DNA of 64,000 nucleotides from Priapulus caudatus (Eukaryota): contig NW_014577081.1 in NCBI RefSeq assembly GCF_000485595.1, positions 121,880 to 185,879 on the forward strand. The letters are read 5' to 3'. The notes below the pieces were generated by a model. That model worked only from the letters and a program-made list of their open reading frames with translations. It ran no database searches and was not told where the DNA came from. Shown here one piece after another: positions 33,501 to 45,257 of the stretch. Position 1 is the first letter of the stretch; every line of letters starts with the position of its first letter. The position numbers and the translations under genes are program-made.

Positions 33501-36041
33501 TGGAGACAAGGTAGCAAACGGGGGAAGTCGATGAGGGAGAGAGGCTGGAGAGGGTAGAAGAGGGACGTATGGTATAGGGAAAAGGGAAACGTGACACTAT
33601 ATGTAAGCGGAACAGTGATATATTACAACAGAGTGGCTATATGCCCGGCAGCCGGCATATATCTGACGGCTGCCGGGCACGGTCTTCGATTTCCTAAATG
33701 CCCGGCAGTTTTTAATTTTCAGCGTTATCTCAAGTAAACAAGGGTTAGGGTTAGGGGTAGGGTTAGGGTTAGGGTTAGGAACTGCCGGGCATTTAGGAAA
33801 TCGAAGACCGTGCCCGGCTGCCGGGCATATAGCCACAGCGATATTACAAATGTCATAAAAGATTATTGGTATTTGCGTAATTGTCTTAGCAATCAATACC
33901 ATTGCCTACATATTACTCAACATATGTACAGCCAATAAGGTTAACATATGGCATTGGAGTCCGGTGGCATCACTTACTGGGTGGATATGTGACATTATAT
34001 ACAGAGCCCCCTGGCCTGCTGCGGTCAACACTTCCCGGGCGTTCCATTCTAATGTTGGAGGCACGTCGGGTTGGCACAATCTCTTTGTTCCTGGGAGCGT
34101 CCTAACGCAGAGCAATACCCACGCAGTGATCAGAATGAGTGAGGAAAATATTGCATAATTAAGCTCACGAACGAGCACAATATTCAGCGTGTCATTCACA
34201 CACTGTTCGTCCGTGCAAGCAAATACCGCAGCAGCCTTACTAAGAAACGCTATACAGTCGTCAACAAGCCTAAGGTCGGCCATCTTTCGAATGAGCAGCT
34301 TTGCTGATGGAATGTACCTGAGGTAGGTGTAGGGCAGCAGCTCGCCCTCAGCCAATCCAAACTGCTTCCTAAATAGCGCTGTTATCTCCTGTTTTATCTT
34401 GTGACTGGTCCAACTCCAATGTATAGTCATCCTTGAAACAAGTCCTCTATGGGCGAGGCGCTCTCTGGTGTCGCCTCTTGGGATTGAAATACCTGTTGCG
34501 ACGATGATACGGAATATTAAAACGTTTTCTACAGCTTGCTGTCGTATTATCTATGGATCATAAATGCACCATTAGAGAAGACAAATGTTGTGGTGTATAC
34601 GTAAATAAAATTACAGACCAATTTGGAGTTATTAGCCTATTGTAAGCGTTAATGTCGAGAACTACAATCTTACCGACGTAGGTAATGTTGTCAAACGGTG
34701 GAAATACAAGCACTTCCTTCACGTGATCCTTGGTGAATGCTTGCTTTCTTCTCTTGACAGGAAGTTCGAACGTTTTCAGTTGTAATACCTGTGAACCAGG
34801 TCAGCAAGGTGAAAGCCATTGCAAACGCCAAGCCCGTAATTTTATAATTCCGGACAAATACACAGTCATATAGCGAGAGAGAAAGAGGGAGAGAAGGAGA
34901 GAGATGGGGCGCGTGCACGAGAGAATATAAAGCAAGGTCAACTTATTCCAAAGATACTAAATTATCGACCATCCGGTCTTGATTACAGTGCACGCGATCA
35001 AGGCCGGATGGTCGATAACAGTTATTTATTTGTAAATTTATTTATTTATTATTTATTATATATTATTTATTTATTTATTTATTTGTGTGTTTTTCCTCGC
35101 GTGATCATTTATTTATTTATTTTATTTATTCATTCATCTATTTATTTATTCCTTTATTCATTTATTCATTCATGCATTCGTCCGTGCTTTACCTGGCTGT
35201 CATCTTTCCCCATCTGTGATCTCCACTCTTCCTGTTGACCGCTGCCACTGCTGTGCGTAACCGCGACAGCTAGGGATGCCTCATCAATGATCTCCGTGAC
35301 GTCGTCTGTAGGCGCACCGTAGTGTTGGGACGCGTGCTTCCCACATAGTGAAATCGTGCCGTCCAGCCCGGCCGTGTCCAGCGTTTGCGCATTGTCTCGT
35401 AACGCGGCGCCAGTGTCGCTCCTATAAGGACCAGATGGCGGGGATGGAATCGAAGCTTGGTGGGAGAGCCGCGTGGTTCCAGTGAGAGTAAGGAGCCGCT
35501 TACGGGTGGTGCACGAGTTCGCAGACCCAGCAGACGAGGAATTCTCGGCACCCTGCACTTGTCCAACATCTTGCGGCCAGATGAGTCTAGTTGCCTCCCT
35601 ATCTACGCCGGCTATAGATACAGCACTCGTGACGATCGGGCCTTCAGTCAGGGGCGGACTTTTAGGATCGAGGACATCATGGCGCTCGGCCCTGTTGACG
35701 GTAGTGGCAGTGACATGTCCACGCGTAGCCAATGGTCTTACCTGCTGGACGCTGCCATGCCCTCCTCCCTGCTGGACGCTTACATGCCCTCCTCCCTGCT
35801 GGACGCTGCCATGACCTCCTCCTTGCTGGACGCTGCCATGCCCTCCTCCCTGCTGGACACCTTCCCCGTGTTCACGTGAGTTATGGCTTCCCGTCGCCTG
35901 TCCGCATCCTTGTATGTTCGCGAACGTCTCTATAGCGTAGGTGAACGATTCGGTCATGTGGCGCATGGAGGAAGCGAGCTGTTGCAGCTGCTCGAGGCCA
36001 GCTGACATACACGCAGACTGCTCCCCCGGTGTCCCCGCCAT
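27177..36041 (-). CDS. SABATH/Methyltransf_7-like SAM-dependent methyltransferase with a long N-terminal extension, ~12 exons
   Basis: Exons 36041-35193, 34788-34674, 34492-34318, 34101-33978, 33182-33056, 32697-32605, 32119-32030, 31554-31428, 30881-30757, [30012 running into gap 29810-29930, with an apparent 1-nt slip], 28525-28351, 27460-27177. All have GT-AG boundaries with matching phases where both sides are visible. Motifs FVMCEYGAADG, SGASFYGEVMP..SVDFAFSFASLHRLS, QASTDWETVLLKRAAELKCGG, YFRTEQEHAAPF..LRSAGLSLVS..DCP and SGLSDSRS..IERELRARY follow the Methyltransf_7 order. Confidence 0.75.
27890..27956. mobile_element. 67-bp Mutator-like MITE (same family, core deleted)
   Basis: GCTCATAGGGTCTAT...ATAGACCCTCTCAGC with a perfect 9-bp TSD ATTAGTAAT (27881-27889, 27957-27965). 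Confidence 0.85.
29330..29809. mobile_element. Kolobok-like MITE (right end lost in gap)
   Basis: ~110-bp inverted arms (29339-29452 vs ~29696-29809); the left end begins TTAA|AG. Confidence 0.6.
33629..33840. mobile_element. Mutator-like MITE (different arm sequence) with TTAGGG core
   Basis: Arms GTGGCTATATGCCCGGCAGCCGG / CCGGCTGCCGGGCATATAGCCAC, (GGGTTA)n at ~33742-33779 and a perfect 9-bp TSD ATATTACAA (33620-33628, 33841-33849). Confidence 0.85.
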
Positions 36042-36774
36042 GTTTGTTCACACTCTGTTGCGTAGTATGAAGCCGCATGCGATATATGTGCTTATATACG
36101 GTTATAACTCTATCGATCGCCGCAGTTAATATCTAGACCGACTGCTGCCATGTTTATATGCATTATGTTGGCTAGCATATATCTCCGGGGGCGGTGTGTA
36201 CCGCTCCCTCCATCGCCGCAGCTAAACGAGACCGATCTGAGTACTCCTCGTCGCTCACTCGCTTGAAGATCGGTGGATTCCGTCGTTCACTCTCATCAAC
36301 GCGTATATATACGGTCAGCATACGGATAAACGAGCAGCTGTAGATCGATAAAGGATGACGCCACCGCCTCCGCCGTATCTCGTCGCAGTGATATACACAG
36401 ATTTCGTCGTCGGTTGTCCGGTGACCTTACAGCAGCCGGCACGGCATCTGATGTTGTAGTAACGAATATGTTCGAACGTACAGTGTAGCGCACGTACAAC
36501 ACGCCTGCTGGTCCGATCGTCACATATATCCCACATACAGGCTCGTCCGCGATAAATAAACGGCCTGCTGCACACACAAGTTAGGAGAGTTATATAAAGA
36601 CCAAACACACATGCGTTATATGCGTCTGCTATTCTGCACCGGTAATCCCAGCGCGATTCGCTGATATATATATAAGGCGCAGAAATGCCTCTACGCTGCA
36701 CCGCTATATAACGGGCAGCGGGATGCACGGCAGCACCGAGATACGCGCTCAGAACAAAACCGACGAACGCGCAG

Positions 36775-36921
36775 AAAATGGCCGCCCCTCAATAAATAAT
36801 GATTTTGCAGGCGAGCTAGCTCCGTTATTATATATACAGCTCGGTGCGACCTATAGCGATCGGTTGACTGCGGGCGCAGTACAATGTGCGTAAATAATGC
36901 GGCTATAGAGAGCGCATGCGC
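36775..36921. promoter_or_regulatory. Candidate promoter motifs upstream of the methyltransferase fusion gene
   Basis: CpG-rich region with a YY1-type AAAATGGCCGCC (36775-36786) and an NRF1-type GCGCATGCGC (36912-36921). Another NRF1-type site at ~24899-24910 lies upstream of the membrane-protein gene. Confidence 0.35.
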
Positions 36922-39018
36922 GTATCTGTTAAGGCGTATTGTCGCAGGGCCCTTATCCTGAACTCAGCGAATGCGTTTATTTATTTGGCTTAGTACTGCG
37001 ATGCGCAGTTCCGCGTGACGATATACGTACCAGGGGCGGATCCAGGGGGGGGTGCAGGGGGTGCGCACCCCCNNNNNNNNNNNNNNNNNNNNNNNNNNNN
37101 NNNNNNNNNNNNNNNNNNNNNNNNNNNNNNNNNNNNNNNNNNNNNNNNNNNNNNNNNNNNNNNNNNNNNNNNNNNNNNNNNNNNNNNNNNNNNNNNNNNN
37201 NNNNNNNNNNNNNNNNNNNNNNNNNNNNNNNNNNNNNNNNNNNNNNNNNNNNNNNNNNNNNNNNNNNNNNNNNNNNNNNNNNNNNNNNNNNNNNNNNNNN
37301 NNNNNNNNNNNNNNNNNNNNNNNNNNNNNNNNNNNNNNNNNNNNNNNNNNNNNNNNNNNNNNNNNNNNNNNNNNNNNNNNNNNNNNNNNNNNNNNNNNNN
37401 NNNNNNNNNNNNNNNNNNNNNNNNNNNNNNNNNNNNNNNNNNNNNNNNNNNNNNNNNNNNNNNNNNNNNNNNNNNNNNNNNNNNNNNNNNNNNNNNNNNN
37501 NNNNNNNNNNNNNNNNNNNNNNNNNNNNNNNNNNNNNNNNNNNNNNNNNNNNNNNNNNNNNNNNNNNNNNNNNNNNNNNNNNNNNNNNNNNNNNNNNNNN
37601 NNNNNNNNNNNNNNNNNNNNNNNNNNNNNNNNNNNNNNNNNNNNNNNNNNNNNNNNNNNNNNNNNNNNNNNNNNNNNNNNNNNNNNNNNNNNNNNNNNNN
37701 NNNNNNNNNNNNNNNNNNNNNNNNNNNNNNNNNNNNNNNNNNNNNNNNNNNNNNNNNNNNNNNNNNNNNNNNNNNNNNNNNNNNNNNNNNNNNNNNNNNN
37801 NNNNNNNNNNNNNNNNNNNNNNNNNNNNNNNNNNNNNNNNNNNNNNNNNNNNNNNNNNNNNNNNNNNNNNNNNNNNNNNNNNNNNNNNNNNNNNNNNNNN
37901 NNNNNNNNNNNNNNNNNNNNNNNNNNNNNNNNNNNNNNNNNNNNNNNNNNNNNNNNNNNNNNNNNNNNNNNNNNNNNNNNNNNNNNNNNNNNNNNNNNNN
38001 NNNNNNACATATTCGCCGTTATATACCTATATATAGACATACTATACGATATAGATACTCTTATCAATGACGTTGTAGTCAGCTAATAATAGCTCTTGAT
38101 ATAATCCATATATGGGCAATTCCTTGGTAACGGGCTTACAATTCAGAGAAATTTCCCTTATAGTTTTACATGCTATGGATTAATATGTTTATTATATACA
38201 AGTTTTAACCTATTAACAAAACTTTTATAAGGTTATGTGGCACCCTTGTCATCATATCAAAATGGAAAGTTGGATACCTCAGCAAAGAAGCCAAGAGCAC
38301 AAGAATGCTGCTAACCAAATTACGTCAGAAAATTGGGTATAATTTTTCCCTTAACTTCAAAAGATTTCTTTTCAATCTATAACACATTGGTCAAAGTTTG
38401 ATCCGGATCTATATTACCTATTGTCTAAATTATACCCTGGCATGCATTTTTAGGGTCATATTGTTGCGGATATTTCATATATATTTAATACTTGACTCTT
38501 TTCTAAAAAAAAGGCAGCGGTACTGGAATTACAAAAATGGTAACGGAATTTCGTCTTCTGAATTTTTACTTAAAGAATGCCATCAATTATCTCAAGCCCC
38601 CACATCATATTGTCTATCATAACAAATATTCTACTGTATGTTTCTGTACGTACATTTAAAAATTTTGAAAATGTAGATCGCAGGAGATGATATTTGAAGC
38701 ACTTTTGAGTACATGTACAGCCTTCATTCTGACTACGACAATTCTCTTTTTATTAGAGCAATTCTTATTTTTTTTTTTTTTACTTTTGGATCAACAGGAG
38801 TGGCCATGACCCCCCTTTGCCCCCCTTAACTACGCCACTGCCCGCGGATTTCTTCCCCGACGTGTGGCCGGCCGTGTTTTTCTCTATAGTACAGACTCAC
38901 GCGCTGGTTTAAATAACCTGTTACTGCCCGTACAGTAAGTACCTAGCAAGATCACGCGCCTCGGCGTCAACTTGACTGATCGCGCGCATCGCCGTCGCCG
39001 CAGGGCTAAACCGAAGAG

Positions 39019-39213
39019 GCAGATAAGGTCTCTGTCTCCCTGGGTACTGCCGGAACGTACCCTGGTAACTATCTGATATGGTTAGGGTTAGAGTTAGGGT
39101 TAGGGTAAGGGTTAGGGTTACGGTTACGGTTAGGGTTATGGTTAGGGTTACGGTTAGGGTTAGGTAGTCGGCGTAGGCGGCTCCCTAGACAGGGAGACAT
39201 AGACCCTACGGGC
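39019..39213. mobile_element. MITE of the GTACTGCCGGAACGTACCC family with a long TTAGGG/TTACGG core
   Basis: Shares the arm and internal module GGTAACTATCTGATATGGTTAGGG...GGCGTAGGCG.CTCCCTAGAC with the 7655 and 8184 copies; TSD degenerate. Confidence 0.7.
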
Positions 39214-39782
39214 CCGAATAAGAACACATCCGTTGACTCAGCCTGTCGTTGCGTATCATTGTATTTACAGTGGCGGATCTGGAGGGGGTTAGAATGGGGG
39301 GGGGAGTGTTGCAATCCCCCTCCCGTTCAGCAACTTCATGACTAATGTTATGATACCTCTAAAATAGAGCCCAAAATAAAAAAGTCAGTCTAGTAGTTTC
39401 TATCAGCCTGCAGACTGACTTTTTCATTTTCTTCTTGAGGATGTCCCTGTAACTACACAGGGGGAGGTGTGCATGCCCCCGGAACCACCCTAGCACCGCG
39501 TGCTTTTGACACGCCTTCACTCGAATATCAACCCTCCCGTCTCCTGAAAGCTAGATCCGCTCTTGATTCATTTAAGCGCTCTACGTTTTGGCAATGAATG
39601 ACTGTTATTAACGAGCACAGGAAGTTGAAACGGACACTTGGGAAAGTCCCAAAAAAGCCGCAAAGATTAGGTGAAATTTCCACCCGGATCTGTTGAGATA
39701 AACTAAATCCGGGTGCGCTGGGTATAATATGTGTCAGCGCAATGTTACAGACATTCGGGTTAAATTACTCCAGACAGAAGCT

Positions 39783-42700
39783 ATGGAAATGTGGACAAAA
39801 CTGCAGAATTTTGCGGCGCTATGTGTTTTGCTTGTGGCATTTTATCGGCCAGCGATAGGAGAATCCGCCGTACGTATAGGATCCATTGTACATGACTCGT
39901 CACTAGATAAGAGCACTGCTGTTCCAAGCGCTGTAAATGTTCGATTACAATGACATTTCGTACATATCTTTCACTAAGCGCTACCTTAAGGAATTCTAGT
40001 CGTCTCATTTCGTTCTCGTTCGTTGCTGCTTTATAGACACGCAGTACAACGATGAAAGCAGTCGGTGTAAGATGTCGATGATGAGATGAGATGTGCAGAT
40101 ATATTATAGGTGTGCACAAATTAGTGTCGAGCTTGTTGGCGCATGTTTCAGTTTCCTCTTAATGTGGCTGGCGACGAGGAATACATCTTAAACGACAACT
40201 ACGATGTGCAAGCCGTGAATCATGACGGACAGTGTGTGTGTCGCATTGACGCCCCGGCGCCAGGCCTGTGCTCCGACAACAGCCAGTTCCAGGAGCTAAA
40301 ATACCTCAGCCACAAGGTAGCGAATGCGTTTGTGGGGTTTTCTACTGTAATTAGCCGAACTCCTAATTCGTTTTTTTGTGTGCTTGATGTGCATATATGC
40401 GGTTACGTCTGGTCAAGGCTACATTTTTATTTTAATACTTTTGCTGGCTTTCACGCCGTTTTTAGAACGATATAGCTTTTTTCAATTCTTTCTGAAAAAC
40501 TGGCAAGCTTACGTCTATAATTTCTACGAGAAATTCATAATTTATGAGTATTAAATTATATTGCGATCAGTATTTCAATACTAAAAACTCGCAAAAAATT
40601 GCCGTATTCGTAACGATAGCTATATTTATATGTTTTTTGAAGACGGATTCCATTTATAACTGTACGTACGTCTGCGCTGCTTTTAGGTGGGAAACTTGAG
40701 TAAAATTGTGAACGAAATGATCAGCGGGCAATTCATACAACGTTTCGCTCGCATGAAGCAGAAATTTGAAGAAATGCAATCAACAGCCGGCTTCATAATT
40801 CATGGCTATGACTTGCGCAACATGCGAGATGAAATAGACCTGCTGTCGAATCTCATGGAAGCTATAGCGCACAATGATACGGATGCTGAGAGGGTAGAGG
40901 TAAGGCAGGCTCTTCTGCGAATCAACGAAACCATACACTACCATGAAATAAGTGAGATACAAGCTCATAATAACAACGTGGGGTCTGTGCATAGGTCTTC
41001 TTTATCTACTGTCTCAACGCGTTGAGATGATTTACTATTTCCGTAATTTAATACTGTTCTGTTAAAATAAATGGAACTACTTTATATTGTAAACGCTGCG
41101 TATAAAGCATTGCGCTGACATGTTCTTTGTGTTGCAGGATTTGCACGCGCAAGTTCAGAACCTGTCGACATATATAGATAGCGTAAAACTTTTGTACTCA
41201 AATGAAGATTCCCTGAAGAAGGAGGTAAGTACCGTATTAACACCCTTGGTATTACCACCATATACATGATTCTCTGACCCTCTCTCTGTATCTTTTCATT
41301 TCTATATCTCCCTCTTTCGCTCCCCTTCTCTCATCTCTATCTCGCTCTCTTTCTTTCTATGTTGCTCGCTCTTTTCCTCCACCTTTCGCTCTCGTTTTAT
41401 CTCTCGGCCTCTGCTTCTATCTCGCACTATCTTTCTATCTTATTCTACACGCTTCCTCTGTCACCGTCTCGATCACTCTAGAACACTTTCCCCTAACACT
41501 GGAATCGGGATGCTCCCCACCATCTTCGTTTGTTTACCCACGAACTTGTGTAACCAAAGATTGATACCAAAATTAATATTCAATGCTTCAGTTAGCAGAT
41601 CTAGATTCAAGATTAGGTTCTTGCAAGGAGCAATACGCATTCCACGTCACTGAAAGCAGCCAATCGGACCTCGTGCCAGATTTCTTTCACGGAGCCCATA
41701 ATATTTCGGTGCCAGGTGAGTCTGAATCGACAATAGGAATATAGATAACAGAGACTGGCTTAGCCGCTTTGTAACGATAGGTGTTAGTAGTTGTTAGAAG
41801 TTATTCGTAGCTAATGTCATTTTATGTTTTTCGTCTAGGTTTCCGCCCCTCTAATTTTCATTTATTGCAATTCTATATAAAGTTTTCTCAAATTTAGTAT
41901 ATTTTCATTGATAATTAACTGTATGTTTCCAGTATCAGCTTTCTTAGGAAACATTAATTAGCAGGGTGGATCAGAATCGAGAGAAAATCAGACACATGTC
42001 CACAGATACACGAACGCATGCAAGCACGTGCGCACGTACGATACTATATTATCGATGTTATATGCTGTACATTCTGTATCGCTCTAGTAAACTGTGGAAA
42101 AGAAAAGCTATCATCCATCTCCGAGCCGTGGACGCATAGGTGGATGGGAACTGCCGCAGCGAATAACTACGGAGCTTGGTTCAAAGACCCGCTGCCAGCA
42201 CCGGGCAGCGAGAACAAAATCTACTACGTCTCAAATCCCACTAATCAGAAGTCGCTGTACGAGTACGCAAACTACAAGGACTTTATATCGAACCGGCGCC
42301 GCCTGGTGCATACGCTCACGCACGCGTACGGCGGAACGGGCTTTGCCGTCTACAATAACTCCTTTTACTACTCGAGCTACAATTCGCAAGTGATCAATCG
42401 CTACGACCTCACAACGAAGAAAACCCTTGCGCGGCGCACCCTCACTAATGCGGGCAAGCAGAACACGTACCCGTACAGTGTCAACCAGTTCACGGACATC
42501 GATCTAGAAGTGGACGAAGTCGGCATGTGGGCCGTCTACTCGACGGCGGAGAATCAAGGTGCGATCGTTATCACTCAGTTGGATCCCGTGACCTTAGCCC
42601 TCAAGCGAACGTGGAATACGGATACGAGCAGGCTCAAGAAGTCCGTCGGCAATGCGTTCTTCATCTGCGGGGTGATGTACGCGACCAGCAGTCATAACAC

Positions 42701-42917
42701 GCGGGACAACAACGTCTTCTACGCCTTCGACACGAATACGTCGACAGAGGAGTACGTCTCGATCCCCATGTCGATCAAGTACCAACTGATGAGTCAACTG
42801 TCGTATAATTACAGGGAGAAGGTCTTGTTTGGATACGACTATGGACACATGATCTCTTACCCGCTCAAATTTGCGTCGCAGCCCGGGGCTGGTTCGGAAA
42901 TTCCAGTGGCCGACTAG
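39783..42917 (+). CDS. Secreted olfactomedin-domain protein (noelin/OLFM-like)
   Basis: Exons 39783-39869 (signal peptide), 40152-40316 (noelin-type DGQCVCRIDAPAPGLCS), 40687-40977 (alternative donor after 40899), 41138-41224, 41592-41715 (coiled coil LADLDSRLGSC), 42088-42917. The last exon encodes the OLF domain: GAWFKDP, GTGFAVYNNSFYY, TDIDLEVDEVGMWAVYST, NAFFICGVMYA, LSYNYREKVLFGYDYG. Phases are consistent. Confidence 0.92.
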
Positions 42918-43439
42918 AATGACAATGAACGCCTAGCTCTCACGCAGTAGACGAGTTATTTCTCTTTCTTCGGAATAGTTCGTTGAAATGTTCACAAACA
43001 TTTCATTGAATTTCATGACAATATATAGGAGAGAATTTGTTTTATGATGAATCGATTTATCCTTTAAAATACATTAGATAGATAACGTTACAACATAAAG
43101 AACGTTAAATAAATGAATTTGTATCATAAATACTCGTATTTTTCCTTACCTCCGCCAAACAATTGTAATTACTGCCGTGTTCTCTTGAGGAGAGGATGTG
43201 GGGGCTGGAGAGATGGTATGAGATNNNNNNNNNNNNNNNNNNNNNNNNNCAAACATTTCATTAAATTTCATGACAATATATAGGAGAAAATTTGTTTTAT
43301 GATGAATCGATGTATCCTTTCAAATACATTAGATAGATAACGTTACAACATAAAGAACGTTAAATAAATGAATTTGTATCATAAATACTCGTATTTTTCC
43401 TTACCTCCGCCAAACAATTGTAATTACTGTCGTGTTCTT

Positions 43440-43722
43440 TGAGGAGAGGATGTGGGGGGCTGGGAGAGGATGGGGAAGCTGGGAGAGGATGGGGATGCTG
43501 GGAGAGGATGGGGAAGCTGGGAGAGGATGGGGAGGCTGGGAGAAGATTGGTGGGTGACTGTGAGAGGATGGGGAGAGCTTGGGAGAGAGGATGGGGAAGC
43601 TGGGAGAGGATGTGGATGCTGGGAGAAGATGTGGGGGGCTGGGAGAAAATGAGGAAGCTGGGAGAGGATGGGTAAGGGCTGGGAGTAGGATGAGGGAAGT
43701 GAGAGGGATGGGGGGAGGCTGG
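43440..43722. repeat. G-rich minisatellite (GCTGGGAGAGGATGGGGA-like, ~19-20 bp unit)
   Basis: More than ten imperfect tandem units between the 3' ends of the olfactomedin and ASNS genes. Confidence 0.85.
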
Positions 43723-44765
43723 AGCGGCTCTAGAGCTTCACCGACGTGTGGGGCGAAGAGCCGCCGGGAAGCGTGCGACTTCCCGCCGTGAATTACGAGG
43801 CGTCTTGGCGAGGATGTGCAGCGAAGTCTGTTGGCAGAATAGCTGCCTACGTATTTACTGGCAAGCGTGCATGGGGTTATATCTTTCCATTAAGGCAAAG
43901 GCAATAATTCATCAAAAAAAGCCCGGCGAAACCTAACACATGACTAGCACTATTAACTCACACGCACAAACACACACACACACATGCAAACTTACTCGTG
44001 AGTATGTGTGTGTAAGTACGTGCGTGCGTGCGAGCGGACGTGCGTGTGAAGAAATACACGCTCTAACGATATAGAGCAGAATATTGAAACGTACTTATTT
44101 TCCCACTCACTCGATTTTATTTCACTTTTGCGTATAAAGATTATATAGATAGATATATATAAGGATTTTTTTTTTATCAGAGCAAGTGATTCATGTGGAC
44201 ATAGTATCTTAAAATAACATAAGGTATAGACATACCTCACATTTCAACAACGTTATTATATCGTTTCAGTGAGCTTTTCTTTTTGCACATCTATACTGAA
44301 ATGCAAATTGATGCTCCTAATTTCAGGAATGGTCAGATAACAACAGACGACAACAAATTATATCAGGAGCAATAAAATAACAATTTGTTTTTAACTTACT
44401 GCTGATAATAATAGTTAGTGTGGCATTGTTCACCCGGCAGGATCCAGCAAGGCTGACCAGATGACAGCGATGGTGAACAGTGAACGTACATATTCAGACT
44501 GGAAAGCGAAGTAACAACACCATGGACAGAATAATAACTTCCTAATAACAGTACACAGAATAAGTACGCGCATATCGATGCACACAGTATGCTGTGCACG
44601 TACATGGTGTATTTTTAACCATAAAACTGGAATACAAACCGAATAGAATTCCAGTCTAAATGCACTTCTACACTTGCGTTACCACTCACATCTGAACCGA
44701 CATAGAATTCTGCAAATATAACGCGCAATTTTAGTCAGGTGACATACAAATCGGATTACTAATAA

Positions 44766-44959
44766 AGCCCGGCGCACACGTGAGTTATTTTACACAAGTA
44801 AAATGACGCATGAGTCAAATTACTCAACGAAAATCCGCAGCACACGTGAGTAAAATAACGCATGCGTCAAATTACTCAACGAAAATCCACCGCACACGTG
44901 AGTAAAATGACTCAATCGTCATTTTACTTGAGTAAAATAACTCACGTGTGCGCCGAGCT
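44766..44959. mobile_element. PIF/Harbinger-like MITE
   Basis: TIRs AGCCCGGCGCACACGTGAGTTATTTTAC / GTAAAATAACTCACGTGTGCGCCGAGCT, TAA on both flanks, and internal tandem repeats. It lies between two ~100-bp direct repeats (~44647-44748, ~44969-45078). Confidence 0.75.
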
Positions 44960-45257
44960 TAAGTGATAAAATTCCAGTCTACACTACACTTCTACACTTG
45001 CGTTACCTTATAGACTCACATGTGAACCGACAGAGAATTCTGTAAATATAACGCGTGATTTTAGTCAGGTGGCATACACAGATATATTCTAACAGGCATA
45101 TAAAACTATATCATAAATTTTGTCCTTGGGACCAATGTCCATAGCCATTCCCCGGCAATTTAGCAAACGAGAAAGCATCCCTCTATCTCCCTATCTCTCT
45201 CTCTCCCTCTTTCGTTCTCTCCATCTCTCTATATCTATCTTTCTCTCTGTACTGTGC

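Noticed and set aside
43250..43450. Direct repeat of ~42997-43210
   Set aside because: The copies flank a 25-N gap, which indicates an unmerged contig overlap.
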